Positions 34,488-47,000 of a stretch of DNA of 64,000 bases are shown here, in pieces (the stretch's first letter is position 1; each line of letters begins with the position of its first letter). The notes under the pieces are model-generated. The model was not told the DNA's origin, ran no database searches, and saw only the letters and a list, made by a program, of their open reading frames with translations. Origin of the DNA: Gracilinanus agilis (lineage: Eukaryota); assembly GCF_016433145.1 (NCBI RefSeq), contig NC_058134.1, positions 289,023,411 through 289,087,410 on the forward strand. Reading direction: 5' to 3'. Position numbers and translations under genes: made by a program.

Positions 34488-37400
34488 ATACTTATAGGAG
34501 CTACCAGCCTGGCATGAAACATTTGAAAATGCTTAAATGGAAAATCGAATTGTCATGTATTAGGAGTCTTTCTATTCACATAATCACCTCTTTCCCTCCC
34601 CTTAAAATCTCATCTTTCAGTAATAAGGTTTTGGACTAATAATTTATGTTCCTTGGGCAGTTTTATTTTCCTCTTTAACTTCCTTCTCTCTGACTCTCTG
34701 TTTCTGACTCTGTCTGTCTTGCTGATTTTTCTGTCTTTCTTCCATCTTTTCTTTTCATTCTCTGTAACTCACCTTGTATCTAGATCTTTGTTCTCCTTTT
34801 TCTCTCTCTTCCTCTCTACTCTTTCCATCCTGTTCAGAAGCTAGAATTCTATTTCTCTTTGTGTCCTGCATATCTCTTCCTCTCCAGTTTATTCCTGGAT
34901 GACAACCCTTTTGTCTATTTAACTCTTATTGTTTGGTATCACCATTGCTTCTATTGACTTAGACTTTGAGATGCAAACTTCAACACAACACTAGCCAGAC
35001 TAAGAGGACTTTGAAATTAACATGCCAAAATTACTCACCTCATAAGGATGGAAGAATCCAACAAGGACACCACATTTAGGGCTCTGCAGAGGTTGGTGCT
35101 GGGCATCTCTTCTGCAAGGGATGGAATCTAGGGAGAGTAGAGAAGGGAAAAGATTGAAAAAATAGGACCACTTCTCAATCCTTTCAGCTACTGTTGCTCA
35201 TAGTGAAACTTTGTTAGTTTGTAGTATTGTGAATTGCCAAAGCATCATACACCACCATAGTCCAAGACCAAAACAAGATAGATGTCATTCTCAAGACCAG
35301 CAAAAAGAACTCAAATATTTCTGCATGTTTCCTGTTTCTCCACTAGTATGGATTCCAGAAATAACTGTTAGCAGAGGAAAAGACCTCATTTGTTTCAGGT
35401 CCTTTTCTTATGTTCCCCCCTTTATGCCCATTTGCTCAAAGAGCTTGAATAAAAGGCAGTCAAACTGGCTGATTTAGACTGATTTTTGTGTCATATATTC
35501 TGATGATAAATGTACAATTGAATCCATCTTATAAATCAGGTTTCAGATCCAGATACTACCTACCACTTCTGCTATCCCACCTCTCCATGTCTGCCAGTCT
35601 TGGGCTGGGTCCCCTAGTATTGGAGAGGGACAGCTTCCTTTATTAGCTCAGATGGGTTTTCTCCTGTTATTCAAGATCTCTTGTAATTCTCATTTTTGCA
35701 TTTCTTACCACTGTATAACCTTATTTCCTCCTTTTGGAAAAGGACACCATTTAATTATTTTTAAAAGCCTTTTAACATCTGTTCTTCATTAAGCAACTTT
35801 GAATGACTCAGAGCTCGAAGGGCCCTCTCATTGGGCATAATTATCACACTACTCCTGGCACCTACTATACTCATTTCTGTGACACTGCTTTGGATTAAGA
35901 TAGGTTCCTTTCCAGACTATAAAAGAGTGATTCTTCATTGTGTATATCTACCAATCACTATCAGAAATGCTCTGATGCCTCTAAGCTTGACTGATACTTC
36001 TTCCTTCTCCACCAACTGTGGCTGGGAATCTGAGTTATTAAAAAAATTGGGATCAGTGTTAAGAAACAGAGTCTCAAAGATATAAAATTACTTGACTAAA
36101 GTCACACAGGTTGCTCTAGGAGAAACAAGATTCAAACGTAGTTGTGTTTTTTTTTTTAACTCCAAATCCAATGAGCTTTTCCTCTACACAGCTATTAAAT
36201 TTCTCCCAGAAAGAATCCAAGGAATCTTGATATAAATAGGTAGAGGAAGATAATTTTCCTCATTTAACAAATGAGAAAACTGAGGCTTACCCCAAAAAGG
36301 TTAGGAAACTTATCCAAGGCCACAAACCTACTTATTGGTAGATCTAGGACTTGAGCCTGACTTCCTTCCATTCCAGGGCTCTTTTTCATGATACTACTTT
36401 GGGAGAGAAAAATAGTTGTTTTTGCTGTTGTCAGTAACATTTCTTCCATCAACTCAAAAAAGAATCTGTGTGGAGAGGCAGCTAAGAGCATAGTAGATAA
36501 AGGGCCAGGCCTAGAGTGCAGAGGTCCTGGGTTCAAATGTGACCTCAGACACTTCCAAGCTGTGGAACCTTGGGCAAGTCACTTAACTCTAACTACCTAG
36601 CCCTTACCACTCTTCTGTCTTGGAGTTGATACTAAAACAGAAAGTAAGGGTTTAAGAAAGTATCTGTGTGGAACCCACAAAAATATGGATTCCCCCTCTT
36701 CCATCAAAGTAGAAGCTCCTGAGGGCCAGCATCGATTCCATTCTTCTTCCCTCTTCCTTCTAGTTCTTCCCCCAGATCCAGGATAGGCTTTTTTATTATT
36801 TAAAGGAGAAGCTAAGGATGTGGGGGAGAAATTTAGAAATTGGCTGAATCTCTTCCTCATACAGCATGAGAGCTAAAAGGGCTCTTAGAGACCTCCAACT
36901 CAATCCTTTTCATTTACAGATTTGTAAACTGAATCCTCTCTGGCAAGATTGACTTTGTCAAGGTCACAGAAAAAATTAACTATGATAGCAAGGATTCAAG
37001 CCTAGTACTTATGATTCCCAGGTCCAATAATTATAGGATTTAGGGATCATTTTACAAATGAAGACATAGATCCAGAGAAAGGAAGTGATTTTCCCAAGGT
37101 CACATATATAGAAAACAGCAGTCAAGATTCCAACTTGGGTCCCCTGTCTTCAAATTCTATTTTCTAACCATTGCATTACTCTGTTGCTTCTCTATATGTC
37201 TATTCTCTACCTCAATCTCATGCCCACCCTTATAATTCATTACACATAGTGGAAGTTTAGTGAATGTGTGGATAATCTATCTTCTAGTGGGGCAGAGTTA
37301 GGGAAAGGGCTATGCTTGTGCTGCCTCCAGACCTAAGCCATAAGTTGATATCCCATGGCTCCCAAATGGCCATGACTTTGCTGAAGGCCACCATGAATGG

Positions 37401-38095
37401 ATATCCTGTCCAAATACAACCTTTTCTTTGAGGACTTCCCTAACCAACTATCCATTGTTTACAGAAAGATCTGAAGTATGGTGGAAAAAAATCACAGGGT
37501 CATAGTTCAGGAGGCTGGCATATGGAGAAAGAATATGTAGATTCAATCCCTGTTCTTCTACCTCCTATTATGGGGAAAACCAGGGGAGTTGACTTAAATA
37601 TTAAATGTGGGTCCAGAAGGGTGTGAGGGAGACAGGAATGACAGAAGGAGGGACCAAACAAGGTAGAGAGACTGGGTTTAACTGCTAAGGATATGTCTGT
37701 TAACAGAAGTGGCAGTTAGGTTCTACCTGTTACTCTGCACCATCTAGACAAGAGGCCTATGGAAACTAGCCAGCAAATGGCAAGAGTTTATAACAATTTT
37801 AATTAAGGGAACTATGGTAAAGGATGGGAATAGGGGTTTCTACACTTTTAGACTAAGGGCAAACCACAGGGTCAGGGGAGGGTCTTATCTACACTGAACT
37901 GAGACCTAAGCAAGACAGGGTCCAGAGAATAGCAGGACTGAACTGGGTATCCTCACAGCAGAGTCCAGACTCATTCCAGTGATGTTCCAGCTCCTCCAGG
38001 ACCACTAGCTGTACTCTTTCAGCTGGGTAGATTCTGGGAGCTAACCCAGTCCAAGTTAACCTGCAACTCAGGTTGGGATTAATAGTCTCTACCAA

Positions 38096-38860
38096 GGAGC
38101 TGTGAACTGATCCAACCATTCTGGATGGCAATTTGGATCTATGCTCAAAGGGCTATAAAAGAATGCCTGCCCTTTGATCCAGCCATACCATTGTTGGGTT
38201 TGTACCCCAAAGAGATCATAGATAAAGACTTGTACAAAAATATTTATAGCCGCGCTTTTTGTGGTGGCAAAAAAACTGGAAAATGAGGGCATACCCTTCA
38301 ATTGGGGAATGGCTGAACAAATTGAGGTATATGTTGGTGATGGAATACTATTGTGCTCAAAGGAATAATAAACTGGAGGAATTCCATGTGAACTGGAAAG
38401 ACCTCCAGTAATTGATGCAGAGTGAAAGGAGCAGAGCCAGAAGAACAACCTGTATACAGAGACTGATATACTGTGGTAAAATAGAATGTAATGGACTTCT
38501 GTACTAGCAGCAATGCAATGACCCAGGACAGCTCTGAGGGATTTATGGTAAAGAATGCTACCCACATTCAGAGGAAGAACAGCAGGAGAGGAAACACAGA
38601 AAAAAATCAACTGCTTGAATACATGGGTTGAGGTGGACATAATTGGGGATGTAGACTCGAAACTACCACACCAATGCAACTATCAACAATTTGGAAATAG
38701 GTCTTGATTAATGACACATGTTAAAACCAGTGGAAATGCATATCGGCCAGGGGAGGGGGGAGGTGGAGGGGGTGTGAAGGGGAAAGTAAGAGCATAAACG
38801 TGTAACCATGTTAACTTTTCTAAAATATAAATATTAATAAATGTTTAAAATTTAAAAAAA
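38096..38860 (+). mobile_element. 5'-truncated L1 (ORF2 C-terminus, 3'UTR, polyA) with 15-bp TSD
   Basis: Translates ...PFDPAIPLLGLYPKE...IGEWLNKL...MEYYCA...; perfect TSD AATAGTCTCTACCAA at 38081-38095 and 38861-38875. Confidence 0.95.
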
Positions 38861-41800
38861 AATAGTCTCTACCAAAATCTTCCACAAGTAGATGTCAGTC
38901 TTCCTTCAGGATCTCTGGAAATCTGAGGTCTCCTAGGGTCAGTTGCAACTTGTCCCAACCACCATGGAGTCCATCTCAGAGAGCAAGGCACACTTCCTGC
39001 TTCCCCATTCCATTTGGAATTCTCAAGCCCTTCCTGATAGGTCTCCTAAATAATAAGTAAGTAATCCTCCTCACAACACTACCACCAGTGTGACCTTAGA
39101 TAATCTATTCCTCATTAAGCCAATTTCCTCCTCTGTAAAATAGGGTTTGTTAGATTAGATAATCTCTAAAAATCCTTCCATTTCTAGAGTTTATAAAAAC
39201 TACAAACGGAGGGGAGGGGAGGAGAAATGAGAAGAAATGAGAAATGAGGAGAAAAGTTCCAAATTGACAAGTTTGCACCAAAATATAAGTACACAGGATC
39301 TAACTAGGACTTCTTCAATCTGTCCCACCCCATAGCTATTATAGATCCTGCCCTATGCAATACAATAGGTCTGTTCCCAAAGTTCAGGTCCTGAGAGTTC
39401 AGAAGCTCAGGCCTTTGTTGATCCTTGCCTCCCTTCTTCCTAATCTAGGAAAACTGTCTTCTGGGGCTCCCCTGCTCCATCCTGTTCCACTTTGCTATTG
39501 AAAATAGTTGCATCATTTTGAAGGAGCTTGACATCTTCCAGTTTGCTTCCCTAGTCTCCAGATGAAACCTGGAGCTTCCATAGCCCTGGGGCTATTTTAA
39601 GAAAGAAAACTTTATCCAAGACACTCCTAGCTTGTTACCTAGTCAAAATAAGTTCTAGGGAAGTTCCAAGCTTTCCCCTGATTTCTGAGCTATATAAGCA
39701 GAGTGAGGCTTCCCTAGAAGGCAACAGGATCAGGGTTTACTAAGAGAGAGCTATACTTTTCAGGGAAGAAGAATCTATGGCTTAAAATTCCAGATATTCT
39801 GATCCATACCCTCACTATCTAGAGAAAGAGAAAAAGATATCCTTTGGTCAGCAGACCTTAACTTGCCCCCATCTGGCATGGAACTCCCTAACCTTTTCCT
39901 GTATGGAACCAACCCTACTATCTTCACTCCCCCCCACCCCATTTCTCTTAGCCACTGTGAGAAGTATTTTGATTTGATCGATCAGGGATTTAGACTTCCT
40001 TTCCATTTGTTTTGAATTTGGGTCAATCAGCAACAAGGGAATTGATCCCACAGGCACATCCCCCACTGCATGGTGCCAGGCTAATTGAGGAATTGTGATT
40101 TGTTCCTGGGGAGTGATGTAAGAGAGCTAGTGGGCATAGTAAGGATTTATAAGATGAGACCCTGCAGAAATCTGGGGGTGGGGAGTGGTCAGGGTTGTTT
40201 TTGAGGCTGAAATTTGGAGACAGACTCTGGGTTCTTAGGCTTTAGGCTAGGTAATTCTTTACCTCCTTTCTATATTTCCCTCTCTTATTATCTTTGTCTT
40301 ACTATAATACAGCTATTAGAGCTATTAACAGTCTTGTGACTTAAGGGTTAGTTTGTATAAATGATGACCACAACATTTTTTACTCTTATAATTTAGTCAA
40401 ACCCATTCTAACCATTACACCACCATATAGTAGATCTCTTGAGAGGGTACAGATCCATGTGTCTTGAAGCAAATAAGGAGTATCAAAAAAATGGTTGATA
40501 GTTTTTTTTTTAAAGAAGAGATATGAGAAGACATCTCCACCCCCTCTTCCCCTCTTCTGCCCCTTCTCACATACTTTTAAAGAGGTGGGAAGTCCATAGA
40601 TGTGAAACATTGCATATAATATCAGATTTTTTTTCCTATGTATTGATTAGTTTTTTTCTTTAAAAATTTCATTGTTATATGGAATGTTTCTATGGGAGGA
40701 GGGAAGATACAGGGAGAAGTGTAAGTGATATAAAAAGGATACACGTTAAAATTTATATTTAAAATAATTTAATATTTTAAAAATTTTAATATAATTTAAA
40801 AAAAAATTTCTTTCCACTCTAGAGAGTTTTCTCTCCTTATTCTGAAAGCTGAAAACCATCTGTTCCTAGTTGATCTCAAGTTTCTTCAAAGTCCTTCCTC
40901 ATCACTCTCTTTTCCCTTTTCCTGCCCTTTTCATAGACCCCCTATCCTTCATTCTCTCCCCAGAGCTCAGAGAACAGCAAAAGATGCAGCTAACCCTGTC
41001 AGTTACCAAAAGAGAAGATTCCATGGAAAGTCATGAGTACAAAAGTTATCAAAATTAAGACATAAAAGATAATACCAAAACATCTGGCTTTTACTTCTAT
41101 AGCTTAAAATTTTTTCTTTAAAACAACCTTATGAAGTAGAAAGTGTATTATTTCTCCAATATTCAGATAACAAAACTAAGGATTAGATCTATTTTCATAC
41201 CAGTAACAATGACCAAAGTAAGAACTGGTGCTCAAAGTCAAGTTTCTTGAATTCTTTCCTCTATAGCAACATAAAATACTGAGTCAACTCATTCTAATCC
41301 AATCTAAAAAATCATTTATTATATGTCAATAGTAGCATCTTCAGTTGCTTTGATGAAACATTAGCTAGGACCTTGGGGTAATAGAAAGAACACTGGGTCT
41401 GGAGTCAGCGGAACTGGTTTCAAATCTTGGCTCTACTAATATTACCTTTGTGAAATGAAGTAAATCCCTTCTCTCTCTGAAATGGAGTTTCCTCATCTAT
41501 AAACTGGGGAATTAAACACTTTATTTCCAGCTCAAAATCCTATGAAGTGCACAGTATCTATAAAGTAAGGGCAGCTGGTGGCACAGTGGATAGAGTTCTG
41601 GACCTAGAGTTAGGAAAAGCTGAGTTCAATTCCAGCCTCAGACATTTACTAGCTGTGTGACCCTGGGCAAGCCACTTAACATTTGTCTGCCTCAGTTTCC
41701 TCATCTTTAAAATAAGGATCAAGTGAGATAATTTTAAAGTGTCTAGGACATAGTAAGTGCTATATAAATGTTAGCTATTATTATCATCAAGCATTGGCAA

Positions 41801-42677
41801 GTGTCCATCCTAACTTGGGGAATCCTAAGAAGTATATTATATAGCTTTTATGGTTTTTAAACATTTGCCTTCCATTTTAGAATCAATGTAGGGCATTGGT
41901 TCCAAGGCAGAAGAGTAGCAAGAGTCAGACAATTGGGGTGAAGTGACTTGCCCAGGGTCACACAGCTAAAAAAGTATCTGATATCACATTTGAATCCAGG
42001 ACCTCCTATCTCTAGGTCTGGCTCTCAATCCACTGAGCCACCTAGGTGTCCCTACTTTATAGTTTTTAGACCTGGTTTCCATCAAGTTTCTACCTGCTTT
42101 TTATTTAGTTCATGACTCAATTTTCTTTTGACTTTTTTGGGCATATTTAGTACAAAGGTCAGTCCATTGTACTAAATATTCTTTCCATATTCCACACTCC
42201 AAGGGCATCCCTAGCCAGCCTACCTTCAGGTAAGCTGGCTAAAAATCCCTCAGTTTTTATTCTGGGAATCTCTAGGGTAATCTGTTCCACTTGAGGTATT
42301 TTGGGGGGTATTTTGGGTCACAAAAGTGACCTAATGTTCTGGGGATGTACCAGACTGCTCTGGGAAAGTTATCCCATCCATATGAAGGTCATTTTCTTTG
42401 GGACCATCTGGATCTGGGAAACCATAGAGGAGACTTATGTCTCAGGAGTCCTTGAAGGTCCCAAAAGTGTCATTAGGAAAATAGACAGGGCATCTTGGAG
42501 CATATTTAATTTTCCCTGAGGTCTGAGGGTAGCTGAGGTATATAATCATTCAAGTAAAGAGCCAGTTTCCCCCTTCCTCACCTCCTATAAAATGAGATAA
42601 ACCACCAACTCTCACTTTCCTTGGGGCTTTGCTTCCACACATCAAACGCATCTGTCTGGGCAGCCCCCTTCATCACC

Positions 42678-42872
42678 CTCATAAACAAGGAAGGGGAGAC
42701 AACTGGGATTTTTATATAGTTCATCCATCCAGGGCATTGGTCTCTCTCCTCCATTCATAATTATCCAGCTTGGGTCTTAGCAGTTACTGATGCCCCAAGC
42801 TCATAAAAGTGATTTAATGGTTATTTAGGGTTGAACCTAGCCCAGCAATTCAACCCCCCAATCAGATAAAAA
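42678..42872 (+). promoter_or_regulatory. KRT82 proximal promoter: two CTCATAAA (HOX13-type) motifs and GATAAAAA TATA variant
   Basis: CTCATAAA at 42678-42685 and 42800-42807; GATAAAAA at 42865-42872, about 100 nt upstream of the ATG. Confidence 0.5.
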
Positions 42873-42971
42873 GGGGGGGAAAGTTCTGTGGTGACTTGAT
42901 TGAGAATTGTGCCAGTGGCTGGTCCCCACTGTTCCTTTGCCCAGACCCTTTTGACTTGTGTCTCTTTTGGC

Positions 42972-43376
42972 ATGTCTTGCCGTTCCTTCCAGATGGGCTC
43001 CAGGTGTGGTGGCCGGAGTTTCAGCTCTTGCTCTGCTGTCATCCCTAGGACAGTGACTTACTCGTCTATGAGTAAGGGGCCATGCAAGGTAGGGGGCACA
43101 GGGACTCTCCGATGGATGGGCTGCTTCGGCTCCAGAAGCCTATGCAATGTAGGCTATGGGAAACCCCGAATTGCCTCCAGGTGCAGCTTGCCCAGCTTTG
43201 GCTACCGGGTTGGGGCAGCCTGTGGACCTCCCCCCTGCATCACTCCAGTCACCGTCAATGAGAGCCTACTGATCCCTCTGGAATTGGATCTAGACCCCAG
43301 TGTCCAGCAGGTGAAGAGGAATGAGAAGGAACAGATCAAGTGTCTCAACAATCGATTTGCTTCGTTCATCAATAAG
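42972..43376 (+). CDS. KRT82: KRT82 exon 1
   Basis: [14 protein letters not shown]...[13 protein letters not shown]; AAG|GTGAGA. Confidence 0.93.
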
Positions 43377-43972
43377 GTGAGAAGATTGAGGCAGGATTGA
43401 TTGGGGAGTCCATGTTGGGATCTACCATAGTCCTAGAGGAAGTCAGGGTGACCAAAAAACCAGATATGCCCTCAGATAATCATAACCAATGGCTTCCATT
43501 TCTGTCACCTTGATTAACTCATAGGGAAACTAAACCTGGAGAGTCATAGATGAATTCTTCAAACAGGATACATTGACCACTTTGTGCCAAGCATTTTCCA
43601 AGTGTGCTATGAATAGCAGAAATCATTGGCAGCCAAAGATAATCAATGAGAGACATTGTGGTGCAGAAAAAGAATGCATTTGGAGACAGAGAACCTGGGT
43701 TCAGATCTCAGCTCATTTTTCATTCAGAAGGCATTTAAGTGCCTATTATGTGCCAGGCATTGTGCTAGATGTCAGACTGTAAGTAAAAAATGTATAAAAA
43801 TATAAAATGGGGGCAGCTGGGTAGCTCAGTGGAGTGAGAGTCAGGCCTAGAGACAGGAGGTCCTAGGTTCAAATCCGGCCTCAGCCACTTCCCAGCTGTG
43901 TGACCCCCCATTGCCCACCCTTACCAATCTTCCACCTATGAGACAATACACCGAAGTACAAGGGTTTAAAAC

Positions 43973-44003
<31 letters not shown>

Positions 44004-47000
44004 TATATAATGTACAGAAAGAGAATGGGAGCTTGCATCCTGTTGGGGAGAAATAATTTATATACAAGTACATAAACTCCCCCCAAAATTTTAAGGAGGA
44101 GAAAGGGACCAGCAATGGAAGGATTTAAGAAAGATCTCATATAGGAGGTGGCAGTTGAACTGAATTGCCATTTACTATTTCCCTGATGTTGGACAAATGA
44201 TTAATTCTCTCTGTACCACAGCTTCATCATCTATACATGATGAGTCGGGACTGGGGGGGGGTGTCTAAAATTCTTTCTATTCCTTAATGTATGTCTCTGT
44301 GCTCCAAAAACACATCACAGCAATAGACTTAAATGCCATCACCCAACTAAAGCATGGAAAAGCTTTCCATTGTACATACTAAGAGAGAAGGAAAAGAATA
44401 CAGAAATAGCCTGGATAAAGTTAGCAATGATCCCATCTTAACACTTGTATTTTTTTTTGACAAAAACCTTTATACATGGTCTCTCATTTGAATATCACAT
44501 TCCTCTAGGAGGCAGGCAGGAATCCCCATTTTGCAAAAGAAAAGCCCTACAGATGATCCAATGACTTAAGTGACTTTAGCCTAATCTTAATCTATACCCA
44601 GAGCTACTCACAAGGATACTTTTCTAAGGCAGCTAGGTTCGGTGGATACAGTGCCGGACCTGGAGATTGGAACTCCTGAATTCAAATCTGACCTCAGATA
44701 ATTCTAGCTGTGTGACCCTGGACAAGTCACTTAACCCCATTTGCCTAGCTTTTGCAGTTTTGTATTAGAGTTGTTACTAAAACAGAATGTAAAGATTTTA
44801 AATAAAGTTTAAAAGAATAATTTGCTGTGTAAATCAGCTTCCTCTTCTTGCTCTCACACAATACTAATCCTATCTCTGCTGCTGACCTTTTCATCTCTGC
44901 CTCCTAGCTTCTTAGGTTTCCTTCAAGTACAGCTAAAATTCCACATCCTAGGGGAAGCCTTTCCCAATCTCTCTGAATTCTGTTGCCTTCTCTCTGGCAA
45001 TTGTTTCTTATTTATCTTGTATTTAGCATGTTTGCACAGAATTGTTTGCATGTTGTCTCTCCCATCAGATTGTTTAGTTTCTCAAGAACGGACTGTCTTT
45101 TGCCTTTCTTTGTATTTTTTGCACTTAGGACAATGCCATGGTAGGTGCTAAATGAATACTTGTTGACTGACTAGTGTGACCCGTACAAATCATCTCCCCT
45201 CTCTGAGCCTCAGTTATTTTATTTGTAAAATGGGGTTGGTCTAGATAACCTATCAATGTTTTAACTCAATTCCAATTCTAAGATTATTTAGGAGTGAAGT
45301 GACTAACTCCAAAATTACATAAGCATCCATTCCTTCAATGATTATTTGCATGCCTTTTGAAAAACTTCCCCAACACTTTTAAGTATAAGTATATATAATA
45401 TGTACTAAAGATATTCTGAAAATGAATGAATGCCTGAGCAAACAACTGAAAGAAATAACGTAGACAAAAACTAGGATTCTGCCTTAATTAACCAGAAGAA
45501 TGGCATTCTAGCCCCTGGATTAGCCTGTCACTTTTCCTCCTTCCTCTTGTCTCTGAACCCTGAGACTTTAGAGGACACCAAGTCCAGACAATTCATTTTC
45601 TACTTGAGGAAATTGAGATTCAAAGAACTTTAGTGACTTCTCACAGCCACACAGCTGTAACTGTGAAAGGCAGGATTTTGACTAAGGTTTTTCTGAGTCT
45701 AATCCACCACTCTAGTCATGTCACTGAGACATGTTGCCTCCTTATTTCTGGAATATCATGGCTTAATGAAAAGAACTTCAGGAAAAATGCATTTTGATCC
45801 CAAACAAGCTCCTAACTCTTCATATAGCTTTGACATATAGTAAGTGCTTAATAACTTATCTATCTGTATTCATTTATTCATCTATCTGCCTAATCTATCT
45901 GTTTATCTATCTATCTATCTCCCTATCTGCCTTTGTCTGTCTTTCTTGATCTATCTCTCAGTATTTATCTGCCTTTTTATCTACCTACCTATCTCTCTGT
46001 CTGTCTACTGGTCATTATTTGTTTATCCATCTATCTGCCTATCTACCCATCTACCTACTTACTTACCTACCTATCTATTTATCCATCCATCTAGCTATAT
46101 AACTTTTAGTATCTTTCTACCTATATCTGATTTTATCTGTCTGTCTCTATCTACTCATCTATCTATTTACCTATCTTTATCTTTCTTCTTACCTACCTGT
46201 CTATTTATAAATCTGTTTAATATCGGTCTATCAATTTCTTTCTACCTATTTATCTGTCTACCCATTTGTCTTTGCTTGTCTATTCATCTATTTATTTTTT
46301 TACTTATCTATTCATCGCTCAGTTTACTTATCTATCTATTTGTGTGGTGTGAGAAAAAATGCCAAACTTAAAACACCATCTAAATGTCTGCTGTTTCTGT
46401 CATCATCATCAGTACATTGAAAGCAAGCAAGTTTTAGAGGGAAGAGCACTGGGCAGAAAGTTGGAGACATGGATTCGGATTCTGACTCTGCCATCAATTG
46501 ACTGTGTAGTCTTGGTCAAGACACTTGACTTGACTTGACAATAATAATCGATTTAGAAATGAAAAGAAGCAGTCATCTAGGCCAACACTTTTATTTTGCA
46601 GATGAAGAAACTGAGGCATAAAGTGACCTACCTCAAACCATATTAGTAATAAATAGAAGATCTGGGTCTTTGAACCTAAGTCTTCTAGCTCCCCATGAAG
46701 CTTTCTACTATGCCATGAAACTTATCTGGGCTTTCAACTTCGACTTCAACACTTTTAAAGTATCTACCACATGCCAGGGACTGTGCTAGGCACAGGGGAT
46801 ATAAAGATCAAAAACTATAAAACAATTCCTGCCCTGATGGAACTTAGATTCCACTGTGGGAGGGGTGGTTACAACACAATATACTGATAAGTAAATGCAA
46901 AGAGTATTTAGAAGTAGGGAGTAGGGATTGGGATGGAAGCTGAGAGGATTGAAAAAGGCCTGGTATAGGAGGTGGCACATAGGTTATACTTTTTAAAAGA

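Noticed and set aside
38089-38679. 196-aa and 89-aa minus-strand ORFs
   Set aside because: Antisense to the L1 ORF2 C-terminus and 3'UTR; no independent signal.
39690-39705. Orphan TATATAAGC motif between KRT90 and KRT82
   Set aside because: No keratin-like exon 1 or other ORF follows.
39900-40375. Possible solo LTR (TG...CA, TATA-like and polyA-like motifs); similar hints near 37690-38990 and 52305-52700
   Set aside because: No convincing TSD, primer-binding site or recognisable family; needs a repeat-library search.
34487-42600. Search for a further keratin gene or pseudogene between KRT90 and KRT82, and after KRT82
   Set aside because: No rod-domain motifs ([20 protein letters not shown]) found by eye on either strand there or in 56800-64000.
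42900-42971. 24-aa N-terminal extension of KRT82 in the ORF track
   Set aside because: Starts at TTG; homology begins at ATG 42972.
45844-46371. 175-aa Leu/Ile/Ser/Tyr-rich ORF
   Set aside because: Artefact of the degenerate (TCTA)n tract.
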